A stretch of DNA of 63,337 bases, from positions 1 to 63,337 of the IMG/VR virus record IMGVR_UViG_3300017747_003155; one strand, 5' to 3'. The notes under the pieces are model-generated. The model did not search any database. It was not told the origin of the DNA and saw only the letters and a program-made list of their open reading frames with translations. Position 1 is the stretch's first letter. Each line of letters opens with the position of its first letter. Below, piece after piece: positions 1 to 9,672 of the stretch. A program made the translations under genes and the position numbers. This stretch comes from a virus. Lineage: Duplodnaviria > Caudoviricetes.

Positions 1-1
1 A

Positions 2-325
2 AACACCCCCCCTCCCCCCGCGGCCCTTCTCGAAATTCCCAGCACAGTGGATCTGCTGTATGACCTTTATCCTCGGAAAGCGTCTCGACCCCAAGCCCTG
101 AAGGCGATCCGTTCAGCCCTGAAGCGCGCATCGTTCGAGACCATCAAGGCCGGCTTGACTCGCTGGTCTGAACACTGGACCCGTTCCAACACCGACAAGA
201 CCCTGATCCCGTACCCTGCGACATGGTTCAATGGCGATCGCTGGAATGACGCCACTTCCAGCGGAGGGTTGGTCGACCGCATGGACCCAGCGCAACATCC
301 CACCCAACGCCCCGACGAATTCTAG
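2..325 (+). CDS. Replication initiator, 3' part
   Basis: Frame open from position 2. 'LYPRK...A.KA...IPYPATWFNGDRWND' is the usual C-terminal motif of phage replisome organisers; directly precedes a DnaC-like loader. Confidence 0.8.
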   Translation, partial: NTPPPPAALLEIPSTVDLLYDLYPRKASRPQALKAIRSALKRASFETIKAGLTRWSEHWTRSNTDKTLIPYPATWFNGDRWNDATSSGGLVDRMDPAQHPTQRPDEF

Positions 326-337
326 CCCCACTACACG

Positions 338-1198
338 ATGAGCACGACACCCGACACCCCACTCCACGACCCGCTGAAATCCCTGACCGCCGCCATCGAG
401 CGTCGGCACCAGCGGTTCCTCTCCGACATCGCCCGATGCCCGAAGACCAAATCCTGCCACCAGCACCCGGACACCATTGCCGAGTTCGACCACGATCGGA
501 CGATCCTGAATGGCGCCATCACCTACCGGTGCGCTGATTGCGACCGGGCGGCCGAAGAAGCCCAATTCGTGAAGATCCAGAACAACTGCGGGGTGCCGTA
601 CGATGTCCGGCACGCCACGTTCGAGAACTTCGACTACCACCGCAAGCCGGACCATGTCGATTCCTGCACGCCGAGCGATTTCCTCCGCGCCGCCACATCC
701 TTCACGGCCGGCACCTTCCGCAACCTGATCCTGTCCGGCACCTGCGGGATCGGGAAAGGGCATCTCGGTGCCGCGGTCATCAATGCCGCGATCGCCCAGA
801 AGCGGGTCCGCCCGCAAGGCCAACTCACCGCCAAGTGGGTCACGGCCCACAACCTGTTTTCGGCCTGCCACGAACTCTACAAGACCACCGGCATCGAACC
901 CCTGCTGCACCACTACGCGAGCCGAAACCTGCTGGTGCTGGACGAATGCGCGATGGCTGAAATGCCCCGCGACGGCCAGAGGATCTTCTACGAAATCATT
1001 GATCGGCGCCAGAAGCAGACTGATCGCGTGATGCTGACCCTGTTCCTCACGAACGCGACCGTGCCGGCGCTGAAGCAATGGCTCGGGGCCCCGGCGGTCG
1101 ATCGACTCCGCTCGGGCGGGGTAAAGGCCTTATGGGGGTCATGGCCATCCGCTCGCGGGACGGACATTGACCGCGCAGGAAAGGCAGGTGAATTTTGA
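338..1198 (+). CDS. DnaC/IstB-like AAA+ helicase loader
   Basis: 'ATFENF', Walker A GTCGIGKGH, Walker B LLVLDE, 'EIIDRR', 'TN', 'DRLR'; follows the initiator. Confidence 0.9.
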   Translation: MSTTPDTPLHDPLKSLTAAIERRHQRFLSDIARCPKTKSCHQHPDTIAEFDHDRTILNGAITYRCADCDRAAEEAQFVKIQNNCGVPYDVRHATFENFDYHRKPDHVDSCTPSDFLRAATSFTAGTFRNLILSGTCGIGKGHLGAAVINAAIAQKRVRPQGQLTAKWVTAHNLFSACHELYKTTGIEPLLHHYASRNLLVLDECAMAEMPRDGQRIFYEIIDRRQKQTDRVMLTLFLTNATVPALKQWLGAPAVDRLRSGGVKALWGSWPSARGTDIDRAGKAGEF

Positions 1199-1205
1199 TC
1201 CACCT

Positions 1206-1532
1206 ATGCCATCACGCCAATCGCTCCAACAGCAACGCCTCAAGGCCGAAGGAAAATGCCGCTCCTGTTGGAAACCGAACCCCGACCCACGCCGAACCTC
1301 ATGCCCAGAATGCTCCGACAAGCACCTTGCGCGCTCCCGCGCCCGGACCGGTCATGGTCATTGGCAACCGGGGAAGCGCGGGCGCTGCCCGATCGCCATC
1401 AAGGACGCCGTCTTCAAGCAAGCCGATTGGTCGAAGTCGGATCGTGAAGTCGCCATCCAGACCGGATTCCACATCATCACCGTCACCCGTAACCGACCAC
1501 GCTATGACCCAAACTCCACTGACCCAAGCTGA
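1206..1532 (+). CDS. Zn-finger protein with probable C-terminal HTH
   Basis: CRSC...CPEC and 'DWSKSDREVAIQTG'. Confidence 0.55.
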   Translation: MPSRQSLQQQRLKAEGKCRSCWKPNPDPRRTSCPECSDKHLARSRARTGHGHWQPGKRGRCPIAIKDAVFKQADWSKSDREVAIQTGFHIITVTRNRPRYDPNSTDPS

Positions 1533-1860
1533 AATCGACGAACTCGCAAAACTCGGGTTCCAGATGCCCCTGAACGCCCCCGGCGCGGAAGCCAAGGCGC
1601 GGATGCTTCTTGCGGCCGCGAAATCGCCCCGAATCGAGAAGGTCCCCGAAATCTCGGGTCGGGTTCAAAAGAACCCAACCCGAGCCGGGGTCGGGCAAAC
1701 CCTCCTGATTTGGGTGCTCGGGCTCGCCGTGCTGCCGTTCGGAATCGTCGCCTCGATCGTCGCGGCGATCATGATTTGCCTGTACGCCGTCGCTCTGATG
1801 ATCCAAGGAGTCTGGCGAATCCTGATGACCAAGTCGCGGTTGACCGGTCCCCCAGCCTGA
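1504..1860 (+). CDS. Membrane protein of unknown function (contains palindrome H1)
   Basis: Long hydrophobic C-terminal segment LLIWVLGLAVLPFGIVASIVAAIMICLYAVALMI. Confidence 0.6.
   Translation: MTQTPLTQAEIDELAKLGFQMPLNAPGAEAKARMLLAAAKSPRIEKVPEISGRVQKNPTRAGVGQTLLIWVLGLAVLPFGIVASIVAAIMICLYAVALMIQGVWRILMTKSRLTGPPA
1653..1684. repeat. 32-bp palindrome H1 (intragenic)
   Basis: CTCGGGTCGGGTTCAAAAGAACCCAACCCGAG. Confidence 0.9.
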
Positions 1861-1873
1861 ACAACCTCACCTC

Positions 1874-2395
1874 ATGAGCAAAGGAGAAGAAAATCTGATG
1901 GCGGGCATCCGTTCCCTCATCACCCCGGCGCTGGTCATCCCGAATGACTTCGTGGTGAAGGTTGGCCGAGACGCCAACTTCTACTCGGTCACGGTCGGCG
2001 TGAATCCGATCGACATGCCACGGTTGATCGGGAAGGCAGGCAACAACGTGCGGGCCATCAAGGCGATCCTCGCTCATGTCGGTCAACGCAACCGGTGCTT
2101 CATCCGGTTCTATGCCGCCGACCCCGACAACCCGACCGCCACCCGGCACGTCACCCCGCCGGCCCCGAAGTGGGAAAGCGGTCCGCTCATGAAGGCGGCC
2201 CGCACCGCCCTGACGATGGCCGGATACAGCGACCGACTCACCGGGCCGGACGCGATCGAGGAAAAGCAATTCATCACCGCCACGGCCGTCCTCGACCCGA
2301 CCTTCGGGGAAGCCCTCGCGCGGTGGCTCCATGTCATCGGCCGCAACTACGGGGCCAACGTCATCTTCGTCCATGAGCGACATCCGGCCGCATGA
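1874..2395 (+). CDS. KH-domain RNA-binding protein (KhpA-like) with C-terminal extension
   Basis: 'VNPIDMPRLIGKAGNNVRAIKAIL' is a KH GxxG loop in KhpA-like context. Confidence 0.75.
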   Translation: MSKGEENLMAGIRSLITPALVIPNDFVVKVGRDANFYSVTVGVNPIDMPRLIGKAGNNVRAIKAILAHVGQRNRCFIRFYAADPDNPTATRHVTPPAPKWESGPLMKAARTALTMAGYSDRLTGPDAIEEKQFITATAVLDPTFGEALARWLHVIGRNYGANVIFVHERHPAA

Positions 2396-2597
2396 CACCC
2401 TGCTGCGGTGGCTGGTACCTTCCAGCACCCGCGAGAACGAATTCCACCTCGTTGACCTCGGGGAAGGCATCTGCAGTTGCGAAGACCACCAATTCCGCGG
2501 CGTCCGCTGCAAGCACTTTGGCCCCGCCGAGGAAATGCTGCTCCGCTATACCATCGACACCCTGAAACGAAATGAGCAAAAGCGGCTTCACCCGTGA
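2373..2597 (+). CDS. SWIM zinc-finger protein
   Basis: 'HLVDL...CSCEDHQFRGVRCKH' (CxC...CxH). Confidence 0.75.
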   Translation: MSDIRPHDTLLRWLVPSSTRENEFHLVDLGEGICSCEDHQFRGVRCKHFGPAEEMLLRYTIDTLKRNEQKRLHP

Positions 2598-3111
2598 GAT
2601 GCTTCGGCAGAAAGGCTTCGTGATCGTCGACGGGGTGGCGACTCGCGTTGGCACGTCCGAGGTCCTTTCAACCGAAGATGGAATCACCACCACTCGCTAC
2701 AATGCCCGTCCTTGCCCTCAGGCGCCCGCCCCTGCCGTTTCCGCACCCGCCCCCGTGGGACCACAGCCAATCCGCATGAACCAGACGGAGGCGCGATTTT
2801 ACGAGATTCTGAAGGTTCGACACCTTGGCGACAAGATCCAACCGTTCTTCCGCGTCCGGATTTCCCGCTGGGACGATCCGACGGTCAGCTTTTACACGGC
2901 CGACTTCGCCGTCTGGACTCGCCTCACTTCGGGGTGGACAGTCCGACTCTATGAGGTAAAGGCGAAGGGCCGAAAGTACCATTCAGATGAACTGACGAGA
3001 CCGAAGATGGCCTGCATGGAGAACCCATGGATCGCCGACGTTGTTCTCGCCACCTACCAGAAAGGATCCTTCTCGGAAAAAACAATCGCATCCAACATCA
3101 ACCACCCATGA
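2572..3111 (+). CDS. PD-(D/E)XK-type endonuclease / possible resolvase
   Basis: 'MNQTEARF...FYTADF...LYEVK' pattern. Confidence 0.6.
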   Translation: MSKSGFTREMLRQKGFVIVDGVATRVGTSEVLSTEDGITTTRYNARPCPQAPAPAVSAPAPVGPQPIRMNQTEARFYEILKVRHLGDKIQPFFRVRISRWDDPTVSFYTADFAVWTRLTSGWTVRLYEVKAKGRKYHSDELTRPKMACMENPWIADVVLATYQKGSFSEKTIASNINHP

Positions 3112-4016
3112 CCCAACAGACATTCCAACCGCATCCCCTGAGCCTCGTCATGCCCGACATGACCCCGGCGGAATTCCAATCGCTCACCGATTCGATCCGG
3201 CAGGACGGCCAGCTTGAAGAAATCATCCTCCACGAAGGCAAGATCCTCGACGGCCGCCACCGCTATCAGGCCTGCATCAACCTCGGGCTCAACCCGGTCA
3301 TGCGCGAGTATGACACGATGATCGACGGGAACTCGCCCGCGAACTTTGTCCTATCGAAGAACCTGTGGCGCCGCCACCTGAGCATTTCCCAGCGCGCCGT
3401 GGTGGCGGCGGAAATCAAGCCGTTCTTCGAGGCGGAAGCCGCCGCCCGCCAAGCCGCCGCCCAGATCCAGCCCGGCAGCAACGTCATCCCGATGGTCGAA
3501 CCCGCCGCCGAAGCCGGCCGATCCGCCGAAAAGGCCGCCGAATTGCTCGGGGTGTCCGAATCATCCGTGAAGCGCGCCGCCGCGATCGTCGAGGCGGACC
3601 CGGCGCTCGCCGCCGATGTGAAGGCCGGCAAGGTCACGGTCACGAAGGCCGCGAAGAAGGTGGCATCGAAGAAAGCCGCGTCCGGCCTGCTCGAAGGCGA
3701 GTTCGCCAAGAAGGAGGCGCTGGAGAAAATCACGAAGGACCATGGCGAGGAATTCGGCAAAGCCCTGATGCGGGGTGACGTCCTGAAAAAAGCCAAGGAC
3801 TTCGACGACTTCATGACGCTCGATGTCGACGACCAGAACAAGGTGAAGGAATTGGTGCTCGCCCGCTGGACGGTCCGCAAGGCGCTCGACTTCCTGTCCG
3901 GCATCCCGACCGAGGAAACGAAGATCAAAGACCTCATGCTGCGGCTGAATGCCCAGACGAAGAAGAAACTCGCGTGGACAGTCGGGGCCTTTACGGTTAG
4001 CATCGCCCGAGAATAA
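3108..4016 (+). CDS. ParB/Spo0J-like protein with HTH
   Basis: 'HPLSLVMP...SIRQDGQLEEI...ILDGRHRYQAC...SKNLWRRHLS.SQRA' and HTH 'AEKAAELLGVSESSVKRA'. Confidence 0.85.
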   Translation: MTQQTFQPHPLSLVMPDMTPAEFQSLTDSIRQDGQLEEIILHEGKILDGRHRYQACINLGLNPVMREYDTMIDGNSPANFVLSKNLWRRHLSISQRAVVAAEIKPFFEAEAAARQAAAQIQPGSNVIPMVEPAAEAGRSAEKAAELLGVSESSVKRAAAIVEADPALAADVKAGKVTVTKAAKKVASKKAASGLLEGEFAKKEALEKITKDHGEEFGKALMRGDVLKKAKDFDDFMTLDVDDQNKVKELVLARWTVRKALDFLSGIPTEETKIKDLMLRLNAQTKKKLAWTVGAFTVSIARE

Positions 4017-4050
4017 CCGATCGAATCCCTCCCACTGACCCAACGAACCC

Positions 4051-5676
4051 ATGAGCCTGAAAGTACAGCTTCGCGACTATCAAAAGCGATGGTGCCGATC
4101 CGTCGAGGATGCCTTGACGGTCGGCGTGGACGGGAACCGATTCACCCGCGTGATCGGGACGGCCGCGACCGGCGGCGGCAAGACCGCGATGGCTTCCGCG
4201 CTCATGTGGAAACGGGTCACGCAGGACAGGCAGCGGTGCCTGTTCCTCGCCCACACGGACGAACTGTGTGGGCAGGCCCGCCGGGCGGTGCACCACAACA
4301 CCGGGATCATCCCGTCGCTCGAAAAGGCGAGCGATCGCGGGAGCCGCGAGGCGTCAATCGTCATCGGGTCCGTGATGACGCTCGCGAATCAGGAACGCCG
4401 TTCCAGATTTCCCAGCAACCATTTCGGTCTGGTGATCGCGGACGAATGCCACCTGAGCATGGCCGCTTCCTTCTTGGAGACCCTTTCGTACTTCAACGAA
4501 GGCGGCGCGCACATCCTCGGCATCACCGCCACCCCGGAGCGGTCGGACAAAATCAGCCTGATGCGGTTCTACGAGCACGTTGCCGCAGAGGTCCCGATCA
4601 AGCTGTTGATCGACCGCGGCTACCTCACCCCGATCGTGGTCCAGACCGCGCCCGTCGCGATCCCGGTCAAAAGCAAGATCGCGGCCGGTGCCGGCGACAT
4701 GAATGCGGTCGCGGAGGAAATCGAGCCCTACTATCATTCGATCATCGACGGCATCGAAAAGTACGCCCACGACCGCAACCGCATCCTGATCTTCCACCCC
4801 AGCGTCAAGGCGTCCCAGCAATTCACCCAACTGCTCCGTGACCGTGGCTTCGACGCCGACCATGTCGACGGCGGTTCGCCTGACCGGGAGGAAGTCATCG
4901 AACGGTTCACCAACGGGGGAGTCCGCATCCTGAACAACGTGATGCTGATGACGGCCGGCGTGGATGTCCCGGCCATCGACTGCGTCATCATGCTGCGCCC
5001 GACAAAATCCCGCACCACCTACATCCAAGCGGTGGGCCGTGGCACGCGGCTATTCTGCCCCCACGGGTGCCATCGCACCGGGTCCATGTGCGAACACCCC
5101 GAACGCAAAGCCAACGTCCTCCTGCTGGATTTCCTCTGGCAATTCGAGGAGAAAAATGTGATGGGCCCGGCCGACATCTTCACGGATGACCCCGAGCAGA
5201 AGCAGGCGGTGAAGGAAAAGCTCGCCGCCGATGATTCGGTCTTCGACCTGCTGCAGCTTGAGCGCGATTCGATCGACGCTCGCGAGCAACGCCTGATCCG
5301 CGCCCTCAAGCGCGCGGCCGAAAAGCGCCCGACGAAGTACGATGCCCGCGACTTCGCGGCGATCTTCCACCAGCCGGACCTCATGAACTACGAGGCCGTC
5401 GCGGAGTGGCAGAAGCAGAAGCCCACCGACAAGCAAGCTGACCTGCTGAAAAAGTGGTGGGTGAAGCGCGGGTCGATCAAGGACCGTGGCCACGCCAGCG
5501 CCATCATCGGGATCGGGATGGATCGCATGGACAAAGGCCTCGCGACCCCGGCCCAAGTCCTCCAGTTGATTCGGTTCGGTGTCGAGAACCCCGAGACCAA
5601 GACGATCAACGAGGCGTCGGAAATCATTTCGCGGGAATACGCCCGCAACCCACAACCCATACCAACACACCCATGA
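4051..5676 (+). CDS. SF2 DEAD/DEAH-box helicase
   Basis: LRDYQ, ATGGGKT, DECH, GITATPER, GVDVP, QAVGRGTR. Confidence 0.95.
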   Translation: MSLKVQLRDYQKRWCRSVEDALTVGVDGNRFTRVIGTAATGGGKTAMASALMWKRVTQDRQRCLFLAHTDELCGQARRAVHHNTGIIPSLEKASDRGSREASIVIGSVMTLANQERRSRFPSNHFGLVIADECHLSMAASFLETLSYFNEGGAHILGITATPERSDKISLMRFYEHVAAEVPIKLLIDRGYLTPIVVQTAPVAIPVKSKIAAGAGDMNAVAEEIEPYYHSIIDGIEKYAHDRNRILIFHPSVKASQQFTQLLRDRGFDADHVDGGSPDREEVIERFTNGGVRILNNVMLMTAGVDVPAIDCVIMLRPTKSRTTYIQAVGRGTRLFCPHGCHRTGSMCEHPERKANVLLLDFLWQFEEKNVMGPADIFTDDPEQKQAVKEKLAADDSVFDLLQLERDSIDAREQRLIRALKRAAEKRPTKYDARDFAAIFHQPDLMNYEAVAEWQKQKPTDKQADLLKKWWVKRGSIKDRGHASAIIGIGMDRMDKGLATPAQVLQLIRFGVENPETKTINEASEIISREYARNPQPIPTHP

Positions 5677-6110
5677 CCACGACCATGCCTGAGCCGCGCA
5701 TCGCCCTGCTGTGCGTGAATTCCCACAAGGACCAGCCTCCGAAACCCGTGAAGGTGCTCGAAACCTACCCGAAGCGGGTGAAGATCGAGGCGCTGACGAT
5801 GACGATCCTTGGTGGCCGAAACAAGATCCTCCAAGCCGGCGAGACCGCCCTCGTTCCGCTCTGGTGCATCAAGTACGATGCCGCGAAACTCGGTCGACCA
5901 TCCAAGAAGGCGAAGGTCGACAAGATCAAATTCTGGCGCGCCGAAGTCCAGACCACGAAAGGCATCCGCATCCGATACTACCGTGCCCAGACCCAGTCAG
6001 GCGCCCGCAGTCAGGCGGACAAAATCGGCGGACTCATTCAGGTCGGGAAAGTCGAAGAAATCACCGAAACCCAATACACCATCGGCCGGGCATCCGGCGA
6101 CAACACATGA
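5673..6110 (+). CDS. Hypothetical protein
   Basis: ATGA-coupled ORF with genome-typical codon usage. Confidence 0.6.
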   Translation: MTTTMPEPRIALLCVNSHKDQPPKPVKVLETYPKRVKIEALTMTILGGRNKILQAGETALVPLWCIKYDAAKLGRPSKKAKVDKIKFWRAEVQTTKGIRIRYYRAQTQSGARSQADKIGGLIQVGKVEEITETQYTIGRASGDNT

Positions 6111-6295
6111 ACACGCTATTCTACCTCCGCGCCGCCGAATCGGCCCACCGGACCAACAACCACGACCTCGCCTTTCGATCGCTCTGCAGCGCGATCGGGG
6201 AACTCGAAAAGGAAGTCACCACCCTGAAGAAAGCCGCCGTCGAGACCGAAGACGGATTCGGTCCACCGCCCAACTGGAAGGAGGCCAAGAACTGA
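6107..6295 (+). CDS. Hypothetical protein
   Basis: ATGA-coupled small ORF filling the gap. Confidence 0.55.
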   Translation: MNTLFYLRAAESAHRTNNHDLAFRSLCSAIGELEKEVTTLKKAAVETEDGFGPPPNWKEAKN

Positions 6296-6296
6296 T

Positions 6297-7181
6297 ATGG
6301 CCGAGAATTCCAAAATCGAGTGGTGCGATCACACCTTCAACCCGTGGCGCGGTTGCACGAAGGTTTCGCCCGGCTGCGCGAACTGCTACGCCGAGACCCT
6401 GAGCCACCGCAACCCGGCCGTGCTGGGCGAGTGGGGGCCGGGCCGGCCGCGCGTGCGGGCCGCGATCGCGCAATGGCTCCTACCGCTCAAATGGGACCGG
6501 CAGGCAGGCGACTATCGCAACATGACAGGCTATCGCCCCCGTGTCTTCTGCGCGAGCCTCGCGGACTGGCTTGACGATGAAGTCCCTGTCGCGTGGCTGG
6601 CGGACTTATTGGCGCTGATCCTCCGCACCCCGAACCTTGACTGGCTGCTGCTGACGAAACGACCGCAACTCTGGCGCCGGCGCATCAACGCCGCGATGGT
6701 GGAACTGGACGAACGCGGCGAAAACATCGACTCATGCGCGTTGACGGAATGGATCGCCGGCATGCCGCCCGCAAACGTCTGGATCGGAACCAGCGTAGAG
6801 GACCAGACGCGCGCCGATGAGCGGATTCCCCACCTGCTCCGCATCCCGGCCAAGGTGCGGTTCCTGTCGTGCGAGCCGCTTCTCGGGCCGGTCGATTTAA
6901 CGGCTGTTCGCTGGGACGCCGGACTCGGTTACTTCGGCGACTGTATGGGACCCGATCACATCCCGCACGGCCGCCCTGACGACGCTCCGCGCATCCACTG
7001 GGTCATCGCTGGCGGTGAGTCCGGCCCGGACGCACGGCCCATGCACCCCGACTGGGTGCGATCCCTGCGTGACCAATGCGCGGAGGCCGGGGTGAGTTTC
7101 TTTATGAAGCAAATGGGAGGCGTCAGAAAGCCATTTCCGGCAATCCCCGAAGACTTGAACATCAAACAATGGCCAGCATGA
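6297..7181 (+). CDS. DUF5131 / phage Gp37Gp68 family (radical-SAM-like) protein
   Basis: 'SKIEWCDHTFNPWRGCTKVSPGCANCYAE', 'LLLTKRP', 'RFLSCEPLLG', 'WVIAGGESG', 'FFMKQ'. Confidence 0.95.
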   Translation: MAENSKIEWCDHTFNPWRGCTKVSPGCANCYAETLSHRNPAVLGEWGPGRPRVRAAIAQWLLPLKWDRQAGDYRNMTGYRPRVFCASLADWLDDEVPVAWLADLLALILRTPNLDWLLLTKRPQLWRRRINAAMVELDERGENIDSCALTEWIAGMPPANVWIGTSVEDQTRADERIPHLLRIPAKVRFLSCEPLLGPVDLTAVRWDAGLGYFGDCMGPDHIPHGRPDDAPRIHWVIAGGESGPDARPMHPDWVRSLRDQCAEAGVSFFMKQMGGVRKPFPAIPEDLNIKQWPA

Positions 7182-7504
7182 AAACAGGAACCACAATCAG
7201 AATCGAACAAGTCGGCAACGGATGGATCGTCACCCCGCAAGACGGCCACCCAGACATGCCGATTGCGATGAATGACATCCATGTCTTCCAAGACCTCGAA
7301 GGCCGCTACGGCTTGAAGGAATTCATCGCCAAACACTTCGGCGTGCAGGCCACGCCGCCCCCGCCCGCAAACATCTGCTTCTACTGCGAACACCACCAAG
7401 CGGTCAGGATCTTTATCGGCAAGCCATGCTGCCGATTCTGCAACGAACCGAAGGAGCACCTGATCGACCCTCCAGTGACCGACAACCCCGAAACCGAATT
7501 ATGA
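7178..7504 (+). CDS. Hypothetical protein with CxxC pairs
   Basis: ATGA-coupled; CFYC...CRFC. Confidence 0.55.
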   Translation: MKTGTTIRIEQVGNGWIVTPQDGHPDMPIAMNDIHVFQDLEGRYGLKEFIAKHFGVQATPPPPANICFYCEHHQAVRIFIGKPCCRFCNEPKEHLIDPPVTDNPETEL

Positions 7505-7929
7505 GTGTGACCTTAAAGGACGCCATCGGGCGCCAGATCAAACCCGGCTCAGTGCTGCGCCATCGCTATGATGGGACTCGCGGCGTGGTGGAGGAAATCG
7601 CCGAACTCGGTCGACCAGCCAAGCACGCAAAGATTGTCGGCGACATGGCCATTCAGGTCGCTGATTCGGTCTGGCGAGTGACGAACTGCGGAGACGAATG
7701 GATTCACCTCGAACGTGAATGGCAGACCGCGGTTGAACGCTGGCGGTCATTCATGGCGACCCCGTGGGAACACGACGAAGGAGTGTCGTCTGACCCAAGC
7801 GAAGCCTTCGCGATGGAATTTGCTGCCGCGCTTCTCCCCGCTGATCCGTGGGAACATTACGCCGCTTATCCTGATGGAATTGAACTTGTCCTGCTCCAAC
7901 TCGCCCGACTACTCGACCAACAAAAATGA
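7501..7929 (+). CDS. Hypothetical protein
   Basis: ATGA-coupled ORF. Confidence 0.6.
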   Translation: MSVTLKDAIGRQIKPGSVLRHRYDGTRGVVEEIAELGRPAKHAKIVGDMAIQVADSVWRVTNCGDEWIHLEREWQTAVERWRSFMATPWEHDEGVSSDPSEAFAMEFAAALLPADPWEHYAAYPDGIELVLLQLARLLDQQK

Positions 7930-8213
7930 ACGACCGCTACACCTTCACCCTGTCGATCGAACACCCGAACTTCGGTGGTCACCGCGCCGCCCGCATCCAA
8001 GTCGACACCCTGTCGAACCGGGACATCCTCCGGGCCGTCGACGATGTGCCGGACCCCATGACGGCCGTGATGGTCGGTGCACCGACCCGAAACAAGATCG
8101 AGCACATCCGCGCCGCCCGCGCCCGGCTCGCCAAAGAAGTCGCGGCCGCGCTGACGGAACAGATCCTCCAAACCTTCGGTGAGAAGGACACCCGCAACGG
8201 ATACCCGCGATGA
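7926..8213 (+). CDS. Hypothetical protein
   Basis: ATGA-coupled ORF. Confidence 0.6.
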   Translation: MNDRYTFTLSIEHPNFGGHRAARIQVDTLSNRDILRAVDDVPDPMTAVMVGAPTRNKIEHIRAARARLAKEVAAALTEQILQTFGEKDTRNGYPR

Positions 8214-8440
8214 CCGATCCATCCCCATGCCCGTGCTGCGGGTCCGAACGAGTCACGATGGTCCAGAACCATCCGCCACCCGGCGAATTCCCCAAGGCGA
8301 TCGTCCAGTGCTCGGACTGCCGCCTGAACGTCTACGTCTACCATGAGGTCGGCCGCCGGCGGTGGATCGAGCCGCCCCGCGACTGGGCCCAAGACGCAAT
8401 GGTCGAAGCCGTCACGCGCTGGAACCGCCGCCCAGCTTGA
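8210..8440 (+). CDS. Lar-family (restriction alleviation-like) Zn protein
   Basis: 'PCPCCGS...VQCSDC...AVTRWNRR' signature. Confidence 0.7.
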   Translation: MTDPSPCPCCGSERVTMVQNHPPPGEFPKAIVQCSDCRLNVYVYHEVGRRRWIEPPRDWAQDAMVEAVTRWNRRPA

Positions 8441-8452
8441 CCTTCACCCCCC

Positions 8453-9184
8453 ATGCAGGATCATTCAGCCGTGAGCAAAATGCGCCTCGCCCGCCGGGCA
8501 AACCGCCATCCTCCACGTGTCCAACCCAAGGACGAATCGGGAACGAAACTCTGCCGCTGTGGGTGCGGAGTCGCCCCAAAGAAACCGAGACGAACATTCG
8601 CCACCAACGAGTGCGTCCACGCCTTCAGATCCATCTATGACCCCGGCTACATCCGCGAGCTCGTCTACAAGCGCGATCGCGGTGTTTGCCAGATCTGCGG
8701 CATCCACGCAAGCAAGGCCTTCAAGGAATGGTGCGCGGCCCGCAAGGAAGCCCATCGGTTGGTCGATCGCCTCGCCCGAGCATGGGAGTGGGACAACTGG
8801 AGGGTGAAGCGGTACGACCCGACCAAAAAGGACTGGGACGCTTTCCACCGGGAAAAGAAGGCGATGGTCGAACGGTTGGTGCCGCTGAACGGATGGACCA
8901 CCGGACGGTCGACCGGCTGGGACGCCGACCACATCATCCCGGTTGCGAAGGGCGGGCTCCAACTCGGGATCGAGAACATCCGCACCCTCTGCCACCCGTG
9001 CCACAAGAAGGTCACGGCCGAACTCGCCGCCGAACTGGCCCGCGAACGGAACCCCCAACCTGACCCTCGACACGGCCAGCAACAACTGCTAGACCTCGGG
9101 GATGAGCAAACGCAAGACCCCGGCACCGCTTCCGCTGAGTGCCATCGCCCCGAACCCGAAGAACCCCCGCGTCCTCACACCTGA
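8453..9184 (+). CDS. HNH endonuclease
   Basis: 'VYKRDRGVCQICG...WDADHIIPVAKGG...ENIRTLCHPCHKKVT'; start codon uncertain (8453/8471/8480). Confidence 0.9.
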   Translation: MQDHSAVSKMRLARRANRHPPRVQPKDESGTKLCRCGCGVAPKKPRRTFATNECVHAFRSIYDPGYIRELVYKRDRGVCQICGIHASKAFKEWCAARKEAHRLVDRLARAWEWDNWRVKRYDPTKKDWDAFHREKKAMVERLVPLNGWTTGRSTGWDADHIIPVAKGGLQLGIENIRTLCHPCHKKVTAELAAELARERNPQPDPRHGQQQLLDLGDEQTQDPGTASAECHRPEPEEPPRPHT

Positions 9185-9668
9185 ACGCGCCGCCATGCTC
9201 CGACGATCGCTGGAGGAATTCGGCGACCTCGGTGGCATCGTCTACAACCGCCAGACGAAACAACTGATCGGCGGCCACCAGCGGGTCTCGATCCTGCGGG
9301 AAGACCCCACGGCCGAAGTCGTCATCACGGACGAACAACAGGAGACCGGCTACGTGGCCCTGCGGGGCGGTGTGGCGCGTTTCAGCTACCGGGTGGTGGA
9401 TTGGCCCCCAGAAAAGGAAAAGCTCGCCATGGTGGCAGCAAACAAGCAGGGAGGCGAATGGGATGTCTCGGCGCTCCAGTCGCTGCTGCTGGACGTCACC
9501 GACCACGACCTCGTTGGCTTCTCCGAGGACGAATGGAACAAACTCTTTCCCGCCCCTGAAATCGACCTCGACCCACCACCAGCCCCAGACCCCGATGACG
9601 AGAACCAAGGGATTGCCCACAAGTGCCCCCAGTGCGGACACGAATGGACCGGAAAGCCTCACGCCTGA
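9102..9668 (+). CDS. ParB-like N-terminal domain protein with C-terminal Zn ribbon
   Basis: 'NPKNPR...SLEEFG...LIGGHQR...ANKQGGEWD', 'CPQCGHEW'. Confidence 0.85.
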   Translation: MSKRKTPAPLPLSAIAPNPKNPRVLTPERAAMLRRSLEEFGDLGGIVYNRQTKQLIGGHQRVSILREDPTAEVVITDEQQETGYVALRGGVARFSYRVVDWPPEKEKLAMVAANKQGGEWDVSALQSLLLDVTDHDLVGFSEDEWNKLFPAPEIDLDPPPAPDPDDENQGIAHKCPQCGHEWTGKPHA

Positions 9669-9672
9669 ACCC

